Assembly (NCBI GenBank): GCA_020891255.1
Contig: BQFW01000014.1
Coordinates: 2,108,001 to 2,172,000 of the forward strand
Reading direction: 5' to 3'
DNA length: 64,000 nucleotides
Source of the DNA: Entomortierella parvispora E1425
Taxonomy: Eukaryota; Fungi; Mortierellomycota
Shown piece after piece: positions 11,216 through 23,602 of the stretch. Within the stretch, counting starts at the first letter, position 1, and every line of letters starts with the position of its first letter. The notes beneath the pieces are model-generated. The model was not told where the DNA came from. It saw nothing but the letters and a program-made list of their open reading frames with translations, and searched no databases. The position numbers were made by a program, and so were the translations under genes.

Positions 11216-13839
11216 TTACAAGCTAGCAACCTTCAATCCAGCGTTGTTGCCAACATGGGATCCTGGAGGTGGTGACGAAGGCAAAGCAGCCTGGATAGTC
11301 TCTTCAACGGGCTTCACAACAAGTTCTGGGTATTGCTGACTCTTCATCACTGCCAATGTCTCCAAAGCCCTATCCAGCATTCTGTTCTCGAGGTAAGCAG
11401 ACACCATACTATGGTAGCTGGAAGGCTCCTTCACAATGACACCGGGGCCCTTGGCCGAGTAAGGGTCCATCATTGAATTAAAGACAGCCTCTGCAGACTT
11501 GATGTCTCCTGCAAGACCAAAACCGCGGATCATTGTGTTTTCAATATAGGTGTTCGATGGCTGGCCCTTGGACTGGAGTTCATCCCGAAGTTCAATCGCC
11601 CGTCTCAAGTTTCCATTGGTAATATAACCCTCGATCAATGCCTGGTATGCTGGTCCACGAGGAGTAATACCCTCGTCAAGCATCTCCTGGAAAACCTTTT
11701 CCGCTGTGGCCACATCCCTGTGCTCTACTCCATAGGCATGAATCAAAGCTCCAAACTGAGGCTCATCAGCTCGAACAGGTCCCTTCTTCATGGAGCGAAG
11801 GAGTCGGTTCGCTTCCGACAAGTTATAGGGCTTGATGCAAGCAAAGGCCTCGATCAGGATCGTGTAGGTGTGTTCAGTAGGAAGGAGTCCACGCTGGAGC
11901 ATGTCCTCGTAGTACTCCAAGGCAGTGGTACGGTTCTTCTTTTGGCGGACATAGAATTGGATCATAGCATTGTGGGGGCCTTGACGGGGGTGATATCCTG
12001 GCAAGCCGACCATTTCCGTGAATAGACTGCGCGCCATATCCTCGTTGCCAACACGAGTGCAGGCGCTGATGAGGGTTCCATAAGTGATCACATTAGGACG
12101 GATCTTTTGAGTGATCATATCCTCGTAAACTTCCAGCACACGTTCAATCTTGCGTCCCCTCGACAGTTTGCCAATGACAACATTGTAGAAAAAGATGTTG
12201 GGCTTGATGTTGTGGCGCTTGACTTCCTCCAGAATCTTCAGGGCATCCAGGGCCTCATCCACAGCTCCAGTGGTTGTGGCAAGCAACAGTGCAGCATATC
12301 CAGAGGCGTCAGGGAACTGTCCAAGCTTGACAATGTCGTCATAGTTCTTTTTGGCGCTCGCCATGTCACCGATCGTGGCATTGGCAATTAGCATCGAGTT
12401 GAAGACCTCATACTCTGCTGCGCGACGATGAGTCTTGTCCTTGATGGCACTCAACGAAAGTTCGGCAATGTGGAAGAGCTCCTGATAGTTTCCTGGCACC
12501 TTTTTCTCGCGCTTTGAGCAAGCGTAAATGATCTCCGCAATGGCCTGAGGCGCTGGTACTTGGTGCTGCTTGGTCATTTTGGTGAGTTCTTCCAGGGCCA
12601 CTGCCACATATCCTGACCGACATGCGCGAATAATCGTCTCTGATGGGTCACCCTTTCGCAGCATAACCTGGGCGTTACTGTTTTTAGCACGGCGACGCTG
12701 GTCATTGGAGGATTGGTTGGAGGATTGGGCATTGTTAGGAATTTTGGGTGTGAATCCAGGGTAGATTTCCTGTACAGCGGTATCCCAGGCGAGCTGTCCA
12801 GCATAGTCGCCTAGTTTGGTGAAGGACGCAGAGACTTCGGAGCAGATCTTTTGACTGGGCACAATGTTCATTTCCTTGGAATCCAGCAAGATCTCGATAA
12901 GCTGTTTATAGCGAGAGCTGGTTTTTTCCAGGGAGGCCTGCAAAGAAAGCAGCATCTCAACGTCAGAGCTGCCGATAAACTCTTTGATGCCTGCCAGACC
13001 CGATGTGGACTTGAACAGGCGATAGTTTCTCAAGGTGCCGTCTGCGAATCCTGCCGAGGCCAACAGTCGATGCCTACGAAGTGAGGAGTGATGTTTAGTT
13101 CTTTGTTCTACACTATAAACGACAAAAACATGAAAACAAAAACAAAGAGTGTTTACCTTTGCAGAAGCCGAGCAAGCGAAATTGACTGCGCAAAGTCTTG
13201 ACTGTAATTGGCAATGTCCTTGGCAAGGGCGGTGTAGGTGTTTTTCTGGTTAAGCGACAGGACCCTGCCCAGGTTCCTGTGACAATCCATCAACATGGAG
13301 AGCGCCTTTTCCGCATCCTTGGGGCTGTTGAGGACCAAAAGCTTGCCTACAATCTCGGAAGAGAGTGCAGAGTCGGCATATTGACCACGCTGGAGCATTT
13401 GTTGAAGGAGTGGGAACAGGTTGCGACCATCCTGGCCCTGAATAGACGCTAAGGCGTCCTTGGCGAGCTCACTGCCCCTGGGCACCACCAGGCTCGGCTC
13501 TTTGTGATGCTGCTTGGGGTTAGGGGTTGTTTGTTGCTGAAAGTTGAGGCTGGAGGCAATGGAGCTCTTGAACCGCTGGGTGTTGTTTGTGCCGCGGAAG
13601 GTGGAATTGCCATGGACCAGGGTGGTGCCATTCTGGTTGGTGTTATTGCTGTTGTTGTTGCTGGCCTGAGAAGACGAGAAGGAGCGAACGGGGTTCGCAG
13701 GGGTATTGGCACTGACGGGTTGAGCAGAACGTTGCGACAGGGTCAAGACCGAGTTTTTCGAGTTTGAGAGAGGGAGCAGCTGCTTGGAGACATTTTGGCG
13801 GGCGATGTTGCCGAGCAGGGCAGTTGTTTTGAGGTGCAT
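11216..13839 (-). CDS. Mitochondrial pentatricopeptide-repeat (PPR) protein, 2 exons
   Basis: Tandem ~35-aa PPR motifs (KPNIFFYNVVIGKL, RPNVITYGTLISACTRVG, PTEHTYTILIEAFA); Arg/Ser/Leu-rich targeting-peptide-like N-terminus; GT-AG intron at about 13155-13078. Confidence 0.9.
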
Positions 13840-13859
13840 CGGGCAAGGCTACCTGCTCT

Positions 13860-14135
13860 ATGACAGAGAGAGTGGGAAGAATCAGATGGAAGAACGGGAG
13901 AGAGGAAGATAGAGGAGAGAGGGGAGAGGAGAAGGAGGAAGGAGGAAGGAGGAGAAGGAAGGAAGAGAAGAGAGGATGGAGGGAAGGAAGGAAGGAAGGA
14001 AGGAAGGGGGAGGAATGGAATAAATGGAGAGGAGAGGGAGGTGTGAGGTGTGAGGTGTGAGGTGTGCAAATGAGATAAACAATCAAGAGAAAAAAAGGAA
14101 GGAAACAAAGAAAAAAAAAAAAAAAAAAAAAAAGT
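13860..14135. repeat. Purine-rich simple repeats (GGAA)n, (GGTGTGA)x4 and poly-A in the divergent promoter
   Basis: Seen directly: gaaggaaggaagg..., ggtgtgaggtgtgaggtgtgaggtgtg and a long A-run. Confidence 0.8.
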
Positions 14136-14141
14136 AAAATA

Positions 14142-14151
14142 ATCACGTGAT
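14142..14151. promoter_or_regulatory. Palindromic E-box / CDE1-like ATCACGTGAT in the bidirectional promoter
   Basis: Exact RTCACGTG bHLH (Cbf1-type) motif between divergent genes; function inferred. Confidence 0.35.
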
Positions 14152-14865
14152 ATGCCCCTTAAGTAGATGGAGCGAAGAGCGAACAAAACGAACAAAAACG
14201 GACAAGGCTGTGTTCAGCCAGAACCCAAAGAAAAGACCTGCTCTCCCAGGAAGTGCTCACTGTTCTGTGTCCAGCGTGTTCTTGTGCCACTGCACTGGTC
14301 CCCCTTCTCTCCCACACCACCACCACCACCACCACCCAGACTGCACCACAAATCAAACGTCGTTCTCTTTCTTCACCCAGGGCGGACTTATTTTTTTTTT
14401 TTTTTTTTTTTTTTGTACCTTGCACCGCTTCTTTTCCCTTCCCTTCTTTTCCCTTCCCTTCTTCCTCTCCTTCCTCTTTTCTTTTTTGTTTTTCTTCTCC
14501 AGCCGTCGTCCCCTTACCTCGCCTGCAGCACTTCAGCGCACTCGTTCCAGGTACTTTCCACCTTCTTGTTCGCTTGTTTCTCTCGTTCTCCCGCTCTGGT
14601 CATCATCTCATCTTGAATCGATCTCCCACCTTCTTCCACAACTCGTCATCTCATCATCGCCCCTCCTCCGTTTCATCATCTGTGACGAATGACCCAGCCT
14701 TCCCCTTCGCGCTTGTTCTGTCGTGTCATGCTGGAGAGTGAATGAATGCATGAAATTCTGACTCAGTTACAAATCGCCTCTTCTTTTCATAGATCGCCCG
14801 TTCCTTAACCTGCCCCTGTCTCGCTCGCCTCTCTTTTTTCTGTTTTCTCTATCGGATTCTCGGTC

Positions 14866-17864
14866 ATGGATATCATCAACCCTACCACAGCTACCCTGGT
14901 GGTCCTCGTTGCAGGAGCTGGCGCTTACTACGTCTATCTGAATGTTGTCGAGCCCCAGAACAAGCTTCAGCGTGCCATCCTTGCAGAACAGGCCCAAAGA
15001 GAGCTCTTGGAGGAGCATGAGAGCCAGTCCAAGCGCGGAAGCAACAAGCAGGCCAAGAAAAAGTAAGCATGGCATCCTTTGATTCGCGTTTCCTCCTCTC
15101 CTCTCTCCGCCTTCCCTTTCTTCTTTTTTTGCTCACAAAGCGTGAGTGTAAAAAAAAAAAAAAAAAAAAAAAACACCAACGGGCGAACACAAGCATATTC
15201 CGCCCTGACAGGGAGGACAGACATCTTGGGACTCTCTCCCCTTGTTTTTTGGAAATGACGCACGGCAAATGCACCTCTTACTTTTGTGCGTTTAGCACGC
15301 GAGACGACCGTTCGCGGCATCATGCCCGATCTGCAAAGGCAGCCCGACTTGCATAGTTTCTTAATGCGCGGGAAGGAGTGTGCCTTAAGCGTGTCACTCA
15401 TCTTTAAGAGCGATCTCTGACCTTTGATCTTTTTAATCTTTGTTCTAGACCTGTCCAGGTTGCTCCACGTGCAAAGAAGGCCCCATCCATCGAGAAGGAG
15501 TCTAGCTCATCCTCATCGTCCGAGGCTGTTGACGCAAGAGTTGTGTCTTCCAACCCCTATGATCTTTTGGATGATACCCCTGTCAAGGTTGTGAGCAAGA
15601 AGGAGGCCAAGAAGACTGCTGCCAAGGCTGCCATTCCAGCCAAGGTCGCTCCTGCTCCAGTGAAGGCTGCCAGCCCTATTGTCGCACCTGTCACAGCTGC
15701 AGTAGAGGTTGCCCAAAAGATTGAGGAGCCCAAGGTGTCATCAAAGAAGACTAAAAAGGCCGCCAAGGTCGCAGAGACTATCGAGCAGCCCAAGCCTGTC
15801 GAGGCACCCAAGCCCGAGGCTTGCATTCAAGTGACCGAGTCTATTGAGATGCCCAAGCCTATTGAGGCAGTCAAGGTCGAGAAGGCCAAGGTCGAAAAGG
15901 CCAGGCCTGTCAAGGAGCAGCCCAAGGCCGCTATTGCCACACCCGTGGTGACCGAGCAGGTCGTTTCAAACCACGAGTTGGAGACTCTTCGTGCCCAGTT
16001 GCATGCCAAGGAGCAGGAGGTCGCCGCCGCAGTATCCCAGACAGAGAAGACAATTCGCCAGGTGAAGGATCTTCAGACACAGTTGGATGCCAACGCTGAG
16101 ATTGTCAAGTCAGCCAAGAAGGCTGAGCGTCTGCGTCAGTCGGTGGACTCCAAGGTTGAGTCGCTCGAGTACACCAACAAGCTCTTGTTTGAGCAATTGA
16201 GCGTCGAGAAGGAGAACACAAAGGTTGCACAGGAGCAGGCTCGCAAGGCATCGGAAAAGTCCACTGTAGTCACCCAACTTGAGCAGCAAATCCACGAGCT
16301 TCACCAGAACCGCGCCAATCTCGGATCCCAGCTGGATCACATGGACAAGGCTCACCGTGAACTTCAGCAACAGCTCATCCATGCCGAGAATGATTCCAAG
16401 CAAATGTCCCGCAGCATTCTCGAGGCAGAGCATCGCGCCGAGTCTTCATTGAGGGAGCTCCAGGAACTTCACCACAAGTGCTCTATGATCTCCATGTTGT
16501 TGTCAGAGAAGGATACTAGAATTGCCACCTTGGAGAACGATTTCAGATCATTGGAGGGTGAGCTCGAGTACGCAAAGTCCCAGGAGGAGCAGTATGCTGA
16601 AGCGGTCAGACAGGCAGAGGAGGTCTCCCACAGCCAAGCAGAGACTTTTGAGGGTGAAAAGCACTCCTTGATCGAGGAGATCGATATTCTTCGCAGTCAG
16701 CTTACCCAAGATTCCGAGAAGGTCAATGTTAAGGATGCCGAGATCAAGGCTGCCCAAGAGAGCATTAAGGATCTCACCGAGCGTCTTTCCAAGAGCCACG
16801 AGGAACACAAGAGCCTCTCCACCAAGCACGAGGAGCACGTTCATGCTTTGACGACCAAGGAATCTACCTTGTCTGCCAAGGAGTCTGAATTGGCTTCCAA
16901 GGCTGCCGAGTTGGCTGCTGCCCTCGAGAAGTTGGCTGCTGCAGAGTCCCTAATTTCCAAGGCTCAGGAGGATGTCAAGGCCTCGGAGACCAAGGTCGCC
17001 GAGCTTGAGGTTTCGCACACGAACCAGTTGAGCACTCAGCAGGAGCAATTCAGCCACCTTACCAAGGAGCTCGAGTCCTCGAACGCCCAGATCCTCACAT
17101 TGGTCGAGAAGCACGAGTCACTGAATGCCCGTATTGCCGAAATGACGGAGCGCTCGAACGAGAACACTGAGAAGGCCAAGGAGCAGTCTGCTGCCTTCCA
17201 GAAGAAAATCGAGGAGTTGCAAAGCGAGGTTGCTGCCAAGGAGTCTAGCCACAAGTCCATTTCCACCGAAAAGGAGACTGTCGCTGCTGAATTGGCCGCC
17301 CTTACCTTGTCATTCAAAGCAGCCAAGGAGGCTCACGCGACTGTCCAGAAGGAGCATGAGGTCTTGACCAAGCAGAAGGATATCCAGACCGCTGTCATTG
17401 CCGCCAAGTCTGCTAAAGCCGAGTCATTGAACAAGGAGAGGGAGGAACTCAGTGCATCGGTTGCCGCTCTTACCGAGAATGTTGCCACTTTGTCTGCCGA
17501 GGCTGTTAAGAAGGCCGAGGCCATTGTCGCCCTCGAGAAAAAGACTGAGGCTTTGAACGCCGAGTTGACTGCTGCTATTGAGGCTAAGAATGCCGTGGAT
17601 GCTGAATTGGAGGCTCTGATCGAGGCTTCGGATGTGACCAAGAGCGAGCTCGAGGCTGAGCAGGCTACTCTTCAGGCTCGTGTGATGGAGTTGGAGAAGG
17701 AGCTGGCATCAGCACAGGAAAAGGCACAGGCTGTTGTCGCAAAGAAGAAGAAGTCGAAGGGTGAAGAGGTCAAGATTGACGATGCCAAGTCGACTGTTGC
17801 TAATGGTGAGAAGAAGGAGTTTACGGTGCAGGAGCAGGAAGGCGTTGCGGTTGCAACTTTTTAG
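14866..17864 (+). CDS. N-terminally membrane-anchored, Lys-rich, long coiled-coil protein (p180/kinectin-like architecture)
   Basis: Exon 1 MDIINPTTATLVVLVAGAGAYYVYL is a TM segment, followed by KKK|gtaagc. Exon 2 (from ~15450) carries an AK/PK-rich linker and about 600 aa of heptad-rich sequence. Confidence 0.75.
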
Positions 17865-17964
17865 ATACACCCACGGCCACTGTACAGTACAGCGTCTGTC
17901 ACCAAAAGACAACATCACGTGGTTAATTTCCATGTTTACGGTTTCAGTAATTTGGGATAAAAAT

Positions 17965-20900
17965 TTAGGATAAAACTATTCCGCCTCGGATTGTGCTACG
18001 TGTTTGGTGGGGTCCAGAAGCTGGCTGGTGTTGATCGAATTTTTTTTCTGGTACAAGATATGGGCGGAATGGCGCCAAGGGGATCCTGTCGTCATCCTTG
18101 ATCGCAGAATATCCTGATATTCCTATGCATACACAGGCTTGTGTGTCTCGCGGCTGAGTCGTGTAGCCGTTCTTGTAGGCAGGACATGCCGTGTTGAAAC
18201 AGACTTTGGATCCGTTCACTGTTACTGTGTTGATGGTCCTGCCCTTTTCTGACCCCACAATTCGCCTTGAACGCGCCGAGTGGGTTTTCTCCAAGCAGAA
18301 GCAGCACCGCTGCGTTGACATGTACTCATCCGTGACTACAACAGTCCCGACCTGACGATGTTGCTTCCTGATGTTCTTACCACCTAGGCGATAATGGCCA
18401 CCAATCCTGGATCCAACACCAGTGCCAGCTGCACCCATAAATATCACATGGCGGACGACTGGGGTTGTCTTGACACAATGCGTAGGATGCTTATATGGAG
18501 CCGCGATGCTGGACTTGGATATCTCGATGCAACAACAATTGGAGCAATAGCCAGAAGCTGTGTCCACGCTTGGTTCACCACGTTTGTCTTCGGCCAATTT
18601 GTTGATGGTGTACTCCGCAGATTTTGCTCGCAAATTGCTTGCGACTTTGGCCCAGGCCCGTTTGGTCCGATGCCTACAGGTACGACGGAGTTTCACAAGG
18701 TCACGATCCCTGTTCAGCTCTCGTAGGCTGTTGTTTTCAGCAACCGAGTCGCGGATCTTGATGGCAATCTGGACGGATTCGATGGTTGAGGCCATAGCAA
18801 GAGATGCATCTGGATCCAAAAGTTTCTCCAGATCCGCCTTGGCTTGTTTGTGCTTGTCGGTCTCGAGCAAGCGCTCCCGTTTCCGACGAAGCTTGCGGCC
18901 AAAAGAAATGTCCTCTACTTGACGTGCTGTTATTCGATGAGCCTTCGGGAGTTTCATCTCTTGTGTGGCTTTTTTTGCTTGAATGCGCCTCTCCTTCGTC
19001 CAAGGTTCAGTAGTAATGTCAACCAGTTCCTCCTCTTGCTTAGAATAGTGCTCCTCCGGCGCAGCATGTTCAGTAGGCAAAAAAAGCTCCTCCGTTGTAT
19101 CAAGATCTACATGCAGGACATGAAAGATAGTTATTAGCATCAGGATTAACAATGTGTCAAAAACATTTGGACTACGGCTAATAATTTTGTAGAACTTACC
19201 TGCAAGAACTTGGAAACGGTTCATTGACTTTTCAATTCCCTCCACTGTCAAAAAGACGTTCTCCGACATCACTCGTACGCCAGGGTCCTCGCTACATATC
19301 GCCACAACCTGGATCCGTTTGGACCCTGGTAATGGTTTGAGATGTTGGTCAAATATTGGCTTGAGGTCCAATCGTTGCGGGATGTCCTCTGCTTGCGGCC
19401 ATTCCCAAGAAGGAGAGGTATGGGAGGGGTCCGTTTTTCTTGCCTTCAATTTCTTCTTCGGGTTATCCTTTGGCGCCTTTCGCTTTGCTATGGCCAGCAG
19501 TCGGTTCCAATAGTAGAGCTCTTTTTTGGCACGATCCCAGGCCATATCCAGCTGACTAAACCTCCTTTCCTTGATCCTAAGTATTGCCTGTTGTGCCTTG
19601 AGTTCAGACATTTGTTGTTTTTTCAAGGTGATGTTGCTCTCATTGTTGCTGATGGTCCAAGGGATTGCCCTGATGCCACTATTCAACGCGTTGCATTCTT
19701 TTCGAAGAGCAGCAAGCTCCTTGCGAGGGCCTTCCCGTTCCTTTGCCGTAAGCTCAACTTGTTTCGTGGCCAGTTCAACCTGATGCTCGACATCGTCCTT
19801 GGACATGCCTCTGCTTTCGAATTCCTTCCGCCAATGTGCATTTCTTCCGTTTTTTAAGCCTGAGCCCGCCTTCTTGCTTTCTTCGAACGCGCTATGGACA
19901 GGATGACGGGTATCAGACTTGGTCGTCTGCGGTCCCGATAAGTTGAGAGTATACTGGTCCACAAAGGTCATCCTACACAGTTTTTCAGATACGGACATCA
20001 GCTTTTTTTCCTCGTCTAAACTCAATTGTTGCTCATAACAGTGCATGAGGTGTGTACATACCGCATGCCAAACGTAAACCCATGTCTCTTGCATATGCCT
20101 TCAATTTTCTCGATGTCGAAAATGTTTGCAAACACTACCCGCTTTGCATTGAATGACGCAGTGCAGTCAGCAACGTTGGTCATGATGCCGGTTGCACCAT
20201 GTAGGTCATATCGGCCGGCGCTCTCTCCACTTAGCACTTGGTAGAGATGACCAGCGCCCAGCTGTAAACCGTGGATCTTTCCCGAGGAGATAGAGGGAGA
20301 GAGTCGTCTGGTGAACTCCGTTTGGCCCAACAATCGCAGCACCGCGTTGGAGATGAGTACAATTGGAGCGCGCAGGACAATGTGTGGGGTATGATGACGA
20401 TAATCCTCATCTTCAGCATCCCTCCAGCGGCGAGGAACATAGGGTCGCAGAAAATTAATGATCTTCTGTGCGACAAGGAGTTGCCGTTCAGTAAAGGAGG
20501 TTCCTTTGTATAACGAGTCCTTGATGTGATCCATGCTGAACGCTGGGGTCGGTAACGGGGACTCGAGCAACGTCCTGACGACGGTCTGCAGACGCCGAAG
20601 GGTCTTTCGACTCGGTTCCTTCTCCTTGAGGTCAGAGTTGAGAGTAATCGGACTACTTTGACTTGCATCATCTACATCCATGACCCACTCCGTATCGAGT
20701 TCGTCTGCGAAGGCTTGACTCTCAAAGAGGCACATATCGAGATCATCGTCTGAAGAATCCTCCTCCGAGAACACGTCTTCCATATTCTCATCATAGGCCA
20801 GGTCAACATCCGACGCTGAAAGTCCAGCCTCAGAGATCCTCTGAAATGACTTTTTGGATTCTTTGTCGGCTTCTGGCGGCTTTGTATCGTAGAGGGCCTT

Positions 20901-23061
20901 GAGCGGAGCAACAGAGTGATGAAGCTGATCGGTGCGACCACTCGAGTAATATTTCGCAACTTTGTTCAGAAGCTTGCTCATGGAGTGACGCCAGTGCGAT
21001 CGACTTGGTTTGTCCGAGCTGGAGTCTTTGGTGGCCTTTTGCTCGCTCTTTTTCTTGACTGCACTTGACTTCCGCTCCTTATTTGCCGCCATTCGATCCG
21101 GGGCCAACCAAGCCGATAAAAGATAGCGCAGGAGATAATCAAGAGCTTTTTCATAAATCTTCCCTTCCCACAAGTTACTGATGGCGGTTGCGCATTGACG
21201 AGTATGAGCCTCGACAACTTTGGAGTACCGGTCTTTGTGGGGGGCGATCAGACCCGGGACCTTACTGTCGATGGTCTTTGCCAACTCTAGCCATTTCGTA
21301 TGATTGCCAGACTCCTTCTCTAGCCAAGTTTTTCTGCGAGCTATTGGATCCTTTTTGAACTGTGTGTAGAGTTGGCTCAGGTGGTTTTGTGATAGAACGT
21401 TGCGGATGTCGCTATGGAGACTAGAGTTCTTGTTTTCGATGTCACTCTGCAGTGCGACTATTGGTGCCACGTTAAGTATCCTTTGTTCAGGCGGGATGAT
21501 GCATTCTGATGGTAAAATATCGCCCAAGCATAGGGTACCCTGTTGCCCTGAGAAGACACCGCCTGCTATCTGTAATTCAATAACAGATGAAGAGTATCAG
21601 CATCAACTTCGATATATGTAGTACAGTGCTACAACGTCAGACTCTGACATCCAGATTCAACTCACCAGGATCGTTCCAACTTGTGCCAGGAGGTAAAGCG
21701 ACTGTTCAACGTCCGTTAAGTGATCCTGTGCTTCTTGAAGAAGACTAATAATTCTGCTAAAGTCTTCGTGGTTCGAAAGACCGGGATGAAGGGCTTGCTT
21801 CATTGTGACCGTACATGTTCGCCATTCCTCAGTGTTCTCGTCATCGTCCGCAGTGTTGGGCTCAGGTTCCCTTCCTTCATCTGGACCACATTCCTTTCTC
21901 TTCTTTCCTTTTTCAGCCTGAAGTTGGTTGTCTGCCAGACTCTGCTCGGAATTTGTCCAGATTTCGTCAAACTGTCTTTGAACAACCTCGCACCAAACAC
22001 GAAGATTGTTGTTGCTGGTAGCTGCAGTGATGTCGCTGACGACCTGCATACGCGTCAAAGACTGGTTCCTTTGTTCGATGTATAAAGCAGCGGCATCGCT
22101 TAGGGGACCTCTTGGAAGACTCTTTAGATTGGAAAGTCGGGTTTTGAACTCTTCCTTCCCTTCGTGGTCCTCTTTCTTGATGCTTTCGCAGATATGGTCA
22201 TCAATTTTTTTCTTCAAATGCTCGATACTAAGAGATACAAACATGAACAACGTGCAGTCAGTCATTAAAAGTCTTTTTGTGAAATCACCCGCATAAGCTT
22301 CAGCATCAGTATCAGTCTTACCAAGACATTTCCAAAAATTCCAGTAACTCAGCTTTCCTAGTGTCGTCGGCGCCACTCCTTTTGATACGTAGTCTTTTGT
22401 TGGCCCGGAAAGTTGCCATGTTTGTGGGTAATATAACAGCACTGGATGAAGACATCTCTTCGATTGGTTGCGGTAAGGCCAACTCGCTCGCAGGAGCAAC
22501 AGCTAGTTCCTCCAACAAGTCTACTGTGTCCACTGGAGCGAGGGCCAGAAATTCGGAAAACTTAAGGTAGGAATCCACTCTGTGAAAGATTCCACAGACT
22601 GAGGGTGGAGACGATGCCTCTGTCCTGGGAGAGAATGTCCTCGGTGCGCCTCGGCAGGAAAACAAAAAGATATTGCAGTTGAGTCTGTCTGCCAGGTAGA
22701 CAAGCAAGAGTTGCGTTCTTGTGGGGACGATCATAGTCGAGTTGGTGCTGTTGACTGTAAGGTGCAAGTCGTACTTCCCTCCTGGCCTCAGAAAATGTTG
22801 GATTATGAAGTGGGCTAAGGAGTTGTTTGGGTCTGCAGGATTGACATCAACACGGAGTCCGCAGCTTCGAAGAGCTAGCAAAGCTTTCTCAGTCTGTTCT
22901 CTACAAGATTGTAGTCTGATGTCCTTGGCGGCATTTTCCAGACGAAGTCTAAAGTCGGATGGCGGCAGAGACCAGGAAGACCGGCGACTTTTGACAAGCT
23001 CGGTGAAGCTTTGAGGTGGGTCGGTACCAGGGCGCGCGACAATGTTGAATGAGAATGTCAT
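17965..23061 (-). CDS. Giant Fanzor1 / TnpB-like RNA-guided RuvC endonuclease, 5 exons (23061-22322, 22227-21666, 21569-20062, 19972-19200, 19106-17965), 1574 aa
   Basis: RuvC-I VVAICSEDPG (D at 19287-19285); Gly-rich GAAGTGVGSRIGG; RuvC-II TDEYMST (E at 18327-18325) directly followed by CCFC; CFNTAC Zn finger; RuvC-III PRDTQAC (D at 18147-18145). All four GT-AG introns are phase-compatible (4725 nt spliced). Confidence 0.85.
17976..18072 (-). ncRNA. Candidate Fanzor omegaRNA scaffold overlapping the 3' end of the ORF
   Basis: Minus-strand outer stem ATTCCGCC (18070-18063) / GGCGGAAT (17985-17978) enclosing an inner stem CCAGAA (18051-18046) / TTCTGG (18019-18014), ending in ...GGAATAG. Position and ~95-nt size fit TnpB/Fanzor guide RNAs. 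Confidence 0.5.
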
Positions 23062-23602
23062 GGCGATGGTATAAATGGTTGCTGATTTGGACGAGGTTCG
23101 AGTCGAGCGAGTGAATAGGTGCAATGTATGACTGACTGAATGAAAGAGAGACGGGTGAAAGCAGTGGAATGGAGCCAGGACGCGTTTTTACGTGGTCGTG
23201 GATGGATTTGGCTGACTCCTGAGCCACCACTCCTGATTTTTTCAGAGTGAGATTAATTTACTCTCAGTTAAGGGTCTGTAACACACACGCTTTTATTGCC
23301 AATGTCACATTGCGCACCAACTTCTTTTGTCAAGAGGACATCATAGTCTTATTTATTGTCTGCAGTCGCTCAAGTGTATGAAGCATTTTGAGCTTCAAGA
23401 CCGCTCTTACAAAAGATATTAGATTTTCAAACTATTTGTCGGGACTAGATGACTTGCACCATAGAAAATAAAATAATCACGTGCCCATACTTCATTTTGG
23501 TGGCGCTACGTACTTCAGCAAAAGAGAATTCGTAACGGCCTGTTGTTTGTCCATTGTCCTTCAGTCATCCTCACTGGACCCACCATTCTTGAGCAAAGAA
23601 CA

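Noticed and set aside
13643-14741. Many F/K/S-rich ORFs in the PPR / coiled-coil intergenic region
   Set aside because: Translations of simple repeats and poly-A/T tracts.
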